From the NCBI GenBank assembly GCA_965645245.1, contig OZ287070.1, positions 1,488,001-1,552,000 of the forward strand: a stretch of 64,000 nucleotides of DNA, written 5' to 3'. The position numbers were made by a program, and so were the translations under genes. This DNA comes from Massalongia carnosa. Lineage: Eukaryota. The notes beneath the pieces were generated by a model. The model was not told where the DNA came from. It did no database searches and saw only the letters and a list, made by a program, of their open reading frames with translations. Of the stretch, positions 61,901 through 64,000 are shown in pieces. The number at the start of each line of letters is the position of its first letter. The stretch's first letter is position 1.

Positions 61901-62332
61901 GTGTTCTCCTGGCCCGTTCAGTTGACGCAGGGCGGCCGGTAGGGTAGACGGACTATCCGTCGCTGAGATAGATAACGGGGATGGATTGTAGATGTTGTGT
62001 ATATGAATTTTTCTTAACACGCTTCCTATTCTGATTTCTATATTCAATGTGCATAGATCTTCTGTTGGATATTCCACGTCCCAACTTTCTGGATCTATCT
62101 TCTCGTTGATATAGAAGCAGACGCGTGTGTCTCCTCCGGATTTGTAAAGTAAGTGAAACCCGCTCTGATAGGGGTTGAGTAGTAGGGCCGTTGTAGGGTT
62201 TTTCCATGGTTCTTGAATAGCAATGATATCGAAATTCTTTGTTTTCTCGTCTGCAAGCAATGGTATCAGTGTGCCTTTCGCACTTTTCCTGACGTTGTAC
62301 TGCAGAATTGTGAGAGTGTTCGTGTCTCTCAT
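58958..62332 (-). CDS. LINE ORF2: APE endonuclease, reverse transcriptase, C-terminal Cys/His motif (1124 aa)
   Basis: ILQYNV; IAIQEP; GDFNLHH; TIDL; SDHVP; KAPGPDGI; WRPIALL; GIPQGSPLSP; FVDD; CLCG..QTAKHVIMFC; no RNase H motif recognised. Confidence 0.96.
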   Translation of the reverse strand: MRDTNTLTILQYNVRKSAKGTLIPLLADEKTKNFDIIAIQEPWKNPTTALLLNPYQSGFHLLYKSGGDTRVCFYINEKIDPESWDVEYPTEDLCTLNIEIRIGSVLRKIHIHNIYNPSPLSISATDSPSTLPAALRQLNGPGEHILLGDFNLHHPHWGGARVRGQHEASEQLLDIIESKNLSLTLPRGTVTWEARNSFSTIDLVFMTEDLVERLEHCITVPELNQDSDHVPISTRLRLTCEPLTPPRRRAWKLLDMNKLREVERNAPTPRVVRGANEIDAYTADIQDYLKRIVQEAVPWAKPSPQAKSFWNRECEEATKETRRLRRIWTAERNLSDWKNYIRMNDKKQKIIGKARNLHFREQMAEVAASRTGLFRLAKWGKDRSDAPREIPKMPPLATAQNPNTIADTFEKRVNMLKKSFFPPPPNADLGDLVGYSYPPTPECPALITEEEVAAALRKPKPDKAPGPDGITNRILKACSENLIKLLTPLFQACVNEGYHPKVFKIANTITLKKPGKGNYTDPKAWRPIALLNTLGKALESIIARKISHLTEEFKLIPDTQMGARPGRGTETALELLTEQVHTVWNQGNDKVASLLSIDVSGAFDTVSHRRLIHNMRKRKIPEWIAKWTDSFLKERETTLTINQRTTNAFPLSIGIPQGSPLSPILYLFYNADLLDICNRPSTNAAGIGFVDDVNILTYGKSTEENCKTLKEIHENCERWAKRHGSVFAPHKYELIHLAKNPKKFNLEASFTVNGKLLNVTKSVRVLGVYIDTRLNWSAHYKEIQKKMTRQTRALTRIAAATWGATLLQARHVYTAVVRPAMTHGSLVWHTPEETQKHVKVTRKSKLEIVQNKCLRVVAGAYRATPIEVLQAETFICPLTQHLDHLQAKGRSRLQHNGQAKVIEQACEKIRTRLKGKRGRQRIIGETPGARRQRWVAKLTAEVSTKRKPKRTPPWEKAENAQEEKRAEYAALQRERDGIIAKRFKEKWKDKWIAYQSIHTLDPTIAQSGPLHKNRLNTHKLLNKAQSSLAIQIRTEKIGLASFLFKRKVPDIESAACLCGSRFQTAKHVIMFCGLHNRIDMLRAAGSLDYQKLITDPKAIKIITAWLMRTGILTQYTIAAQMTEQ

Positions 62333-63939
62333 AATTGATCGTCATTGTTGAGAAGTTCTTCGTTAGTGCTTGGCGTCCTGATGCGTGGACGACCTCTCAC
62401 CGGCTTGGCGAAGGCCATTTCTCGAATCTCCGGATTCATCATTCTTGTCGTTCTCCATTCTTCTCTTCCTCGTAGGGGCTTCTCTCTATCCTCTCTCCTG
62501 GGCGATAATGATCGCGATCGTGCCACCAGCGGTCTTCCTGCGAGGTTCGTGCTTGGCTTTCTTTTTCTTATTGTTTCCATAGCCTCTGTCATTTCTTCAT
62601 CGTTTGTCTCCTGTACCTCTTCCTCCTCTACTATGGTGCTCCCTGTCCCGTCGGTCTGGCTTCGTTGGGTGTCTTTGTTGTTGTCGGTTGTGATGATCAC
62701 TTCGACGTTCTGCAGCGGTGCGTTGGGAGATGGTGTGCTTTTCGATCCTAATCCTCTTTCCTTTCTCTTTTCCTCTTCTCTCCCGCTCGGAGGTGTTGCG
62801 TAAAGTCTTCTAGCGGAGTCCCTTGCGATTTCCGTTCGATGCTTTCTCTCCTTTCTTGTTCTGCATTCTGCCGCCCATGCTGGGTGGCCTTTTTCTCCAC
62901 ACGCTCCGCATCGTAGGAACCTCGGCGCCTTGTTGCCGGGGCACGATCGGCTTTCGTGTCTCCCCGCGCAGTATCCACATGTGGTGGGATTTCTGCAGAA
63001 CTTTGCTATATGGCCGTATTGTTGACAATTGAAGCATTGTGTGAGCTTGCATCCGGCTTCGAATAGCTCGCACGTCTTGATTTCTCCTCTGTCTGCTAGA
63101 CCTACGAGGATGAGCCGATTGGCCATCTCCGCAGTTTCTACCTCGATGTGCATAGACGCGTATCTCTTGTTCTGCTTAATGGCTCTAGTGCTCCATGCCA
63201 CTCTATTAATTTTTAGGTCTTCGTGCAGATCCTTGTTTTCTCTTATCAGATATTCTATGGCCTTCATTTGTTTTGGTCCTCGTACATCGTTCATCCGCAT
63301 GCCGTGTGCTATTACCGCGTATCCCTCTTTACGAATCGTCGCCGATGCCGCCACATTCTTTATCCATGCTGGTTGTGATTGGAGGCTCTGCTTAGCCTGC
63401 GCTGTTTTGGTGTGGATTTTCAAATCCCCGCTGGGGAGCTTCCTGATACCCGCTATCTCGCTGTTGGGGATTTTTATAGCTTCTATGATTTCTTTTGTCG
63501 TCTTTCTTCCCAAGGCCTCTTGCTCTTTGGGATCTTCTATTCTGACTATGAGTTCTTTCATCTTTCTCTTTTCTCTAAGCATGTTTTCATCGATTTGGGT
63601 CTGCGTCTTTCCGATATCCCCAGTCGTTCCCCTACGGCCCCCAGACGCGACGGCGGCGTAGCTGAGCGCTTTTCCATTGTTTTCTCCCTGCTTCTCAATC
63701 TTCTGTAATCTTTGTTGTATGTCGTGCAGTGTGCTTTGAAGACTTTCTTGATTCGACGCGTCAGGCGCGTCGCGTTTTGCCTCGTTTTGTTCTATGAACT
63801 CCACCAATGCGAGTATCCAGCGACTCACTACTGCGCCTGGTACGGTCTCCCCCATACCTTTTAGTACCTCCCTCGCTTTACATGTTAAGTGGTAGGCTTC
63901 ACTCATTTCACGCGTCAAGGCGTATTCGTTCGTGATCAT
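62329..63939 (-). CDS. LINE ORF1 gag-like nucleic-acid-binding protein (536 aa)
   Basis: SYAAVA; LPSGDL; three Cys/His knuckles CFNCQQYGHIAKFC, CGYCAGRHESRSC, CGACGEKGHPAWAAEC. Confidence 0.93.
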   Translation of the reverse strand: MITNEYALTREMSEAYHLTCKAREVLKGMGETVPGAVVSRWILALVEFIEQNEAKRDAPDASNQESLQSTLHDIQQRLQKIEKQGENNGKALSYAAVASGGRRGTTGDIGKTQTQIDENMLREKRKMKELIVRIEDPKEQEALGRKTTKEIIEAIKIPNSEIAGIRKLPSGDLKIHTKTAQAKQSLQSQPAWIKNVAASATIRKEGYAVIAHGMRMNDVRGPKQMKAIEYLIRENKDLHEDLKINRVAWSTRAIKQNKRYASMHIEVETAEMANRLILVGLADRGEIKTCELFEAGCKLTQCFNCQQYGHIAKFCRNPTTCGYCAGRHESRSCPGNKAPRFLRCGACGEKGHPAWAAECRTRKERKHRTEIARDSARRLYATPPSGREEEKRKERGLGSKSTPSPNAPLQNVEVIITTDNNKDTQRSQTDGTGSTIVEEEEVQETNDEEMTEAMETIRKRKPSTNLAGRPLVARSRSLSPRREDREKPLRGREEWRTTRMMNPEIREMAFAKPVRGRPRIRTPSTNEELLNNDDQL

Positions 63940-64000
63940 TCTTTAGAATCACCAGCGTCGGCCTTTCAAGAATTCCAAAGATCAAGCGGACATGAACTTC

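Larger units (their letters stand above)
58689..64000 (-). mobile_element. Apparently intact Tad1-like LINE; 5' end beyond the window
   Basis: Two open ORFs; ~250-nt 3' UTR; (AATC)n tail seen as ATTGATTGATTG at 58689-58707. Confidence 0.96.

Noticed and set aside
62345..63708. Long plus-strand ORFs antisense to LINE ORF1, and similar shadows over other genes
   Set aside because: Explained as antisense shadows of real coding frames; no independent motifs

Overview
Eukaryotic DNA from a filamentous ascomycete (Pezizomycotina-type GT-AG introns with CTAAC/CTGAC-like branch sites). The first ~37 kb is gene-dense housekeeping sequence: ATP16, NAT3, eIF3a, G-protein gamma subunit, an Rdx/SelW-like redox protein missed by the ORF track, a cAMP-receptor-like GPCR, RFC2, DUS2, IPP1, MRPL44, SEC20, FUN30, VMA21, a DUF2406 protein and two hypothetical genes, with one nested transposon pair inserted in the RFC2 promoter. 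From ~38 kb to the end is a transposon nest interrupted only by a PHD-SET (Set3-like) gene. One four-level stack runs piggyBac-like remnant > Tc1-like element > Gypsy chromovirus > (pogo element + LINE fragment). It is followed by an Academ/AcademH-like RecQ-helicase element, a decayed pogo element and an intact Tad1-like LINE. Most notable: (1) two related IS630/Tc1-type (DD37E) elements that begin with CACGC and are each flanked by an exact 5-bp non-TA target duplication; (2) a bipartite, covarying 3'-end RNA structure shared by three divergent LINEs; (3) a Tf1-like self-priming signal and a -1 frameshift cassette in the chromovirus; (4) apparent CpC-biased C-to-T hypermutation in one old element. 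All family assignments come from motif recognition by eye; no database search was run.
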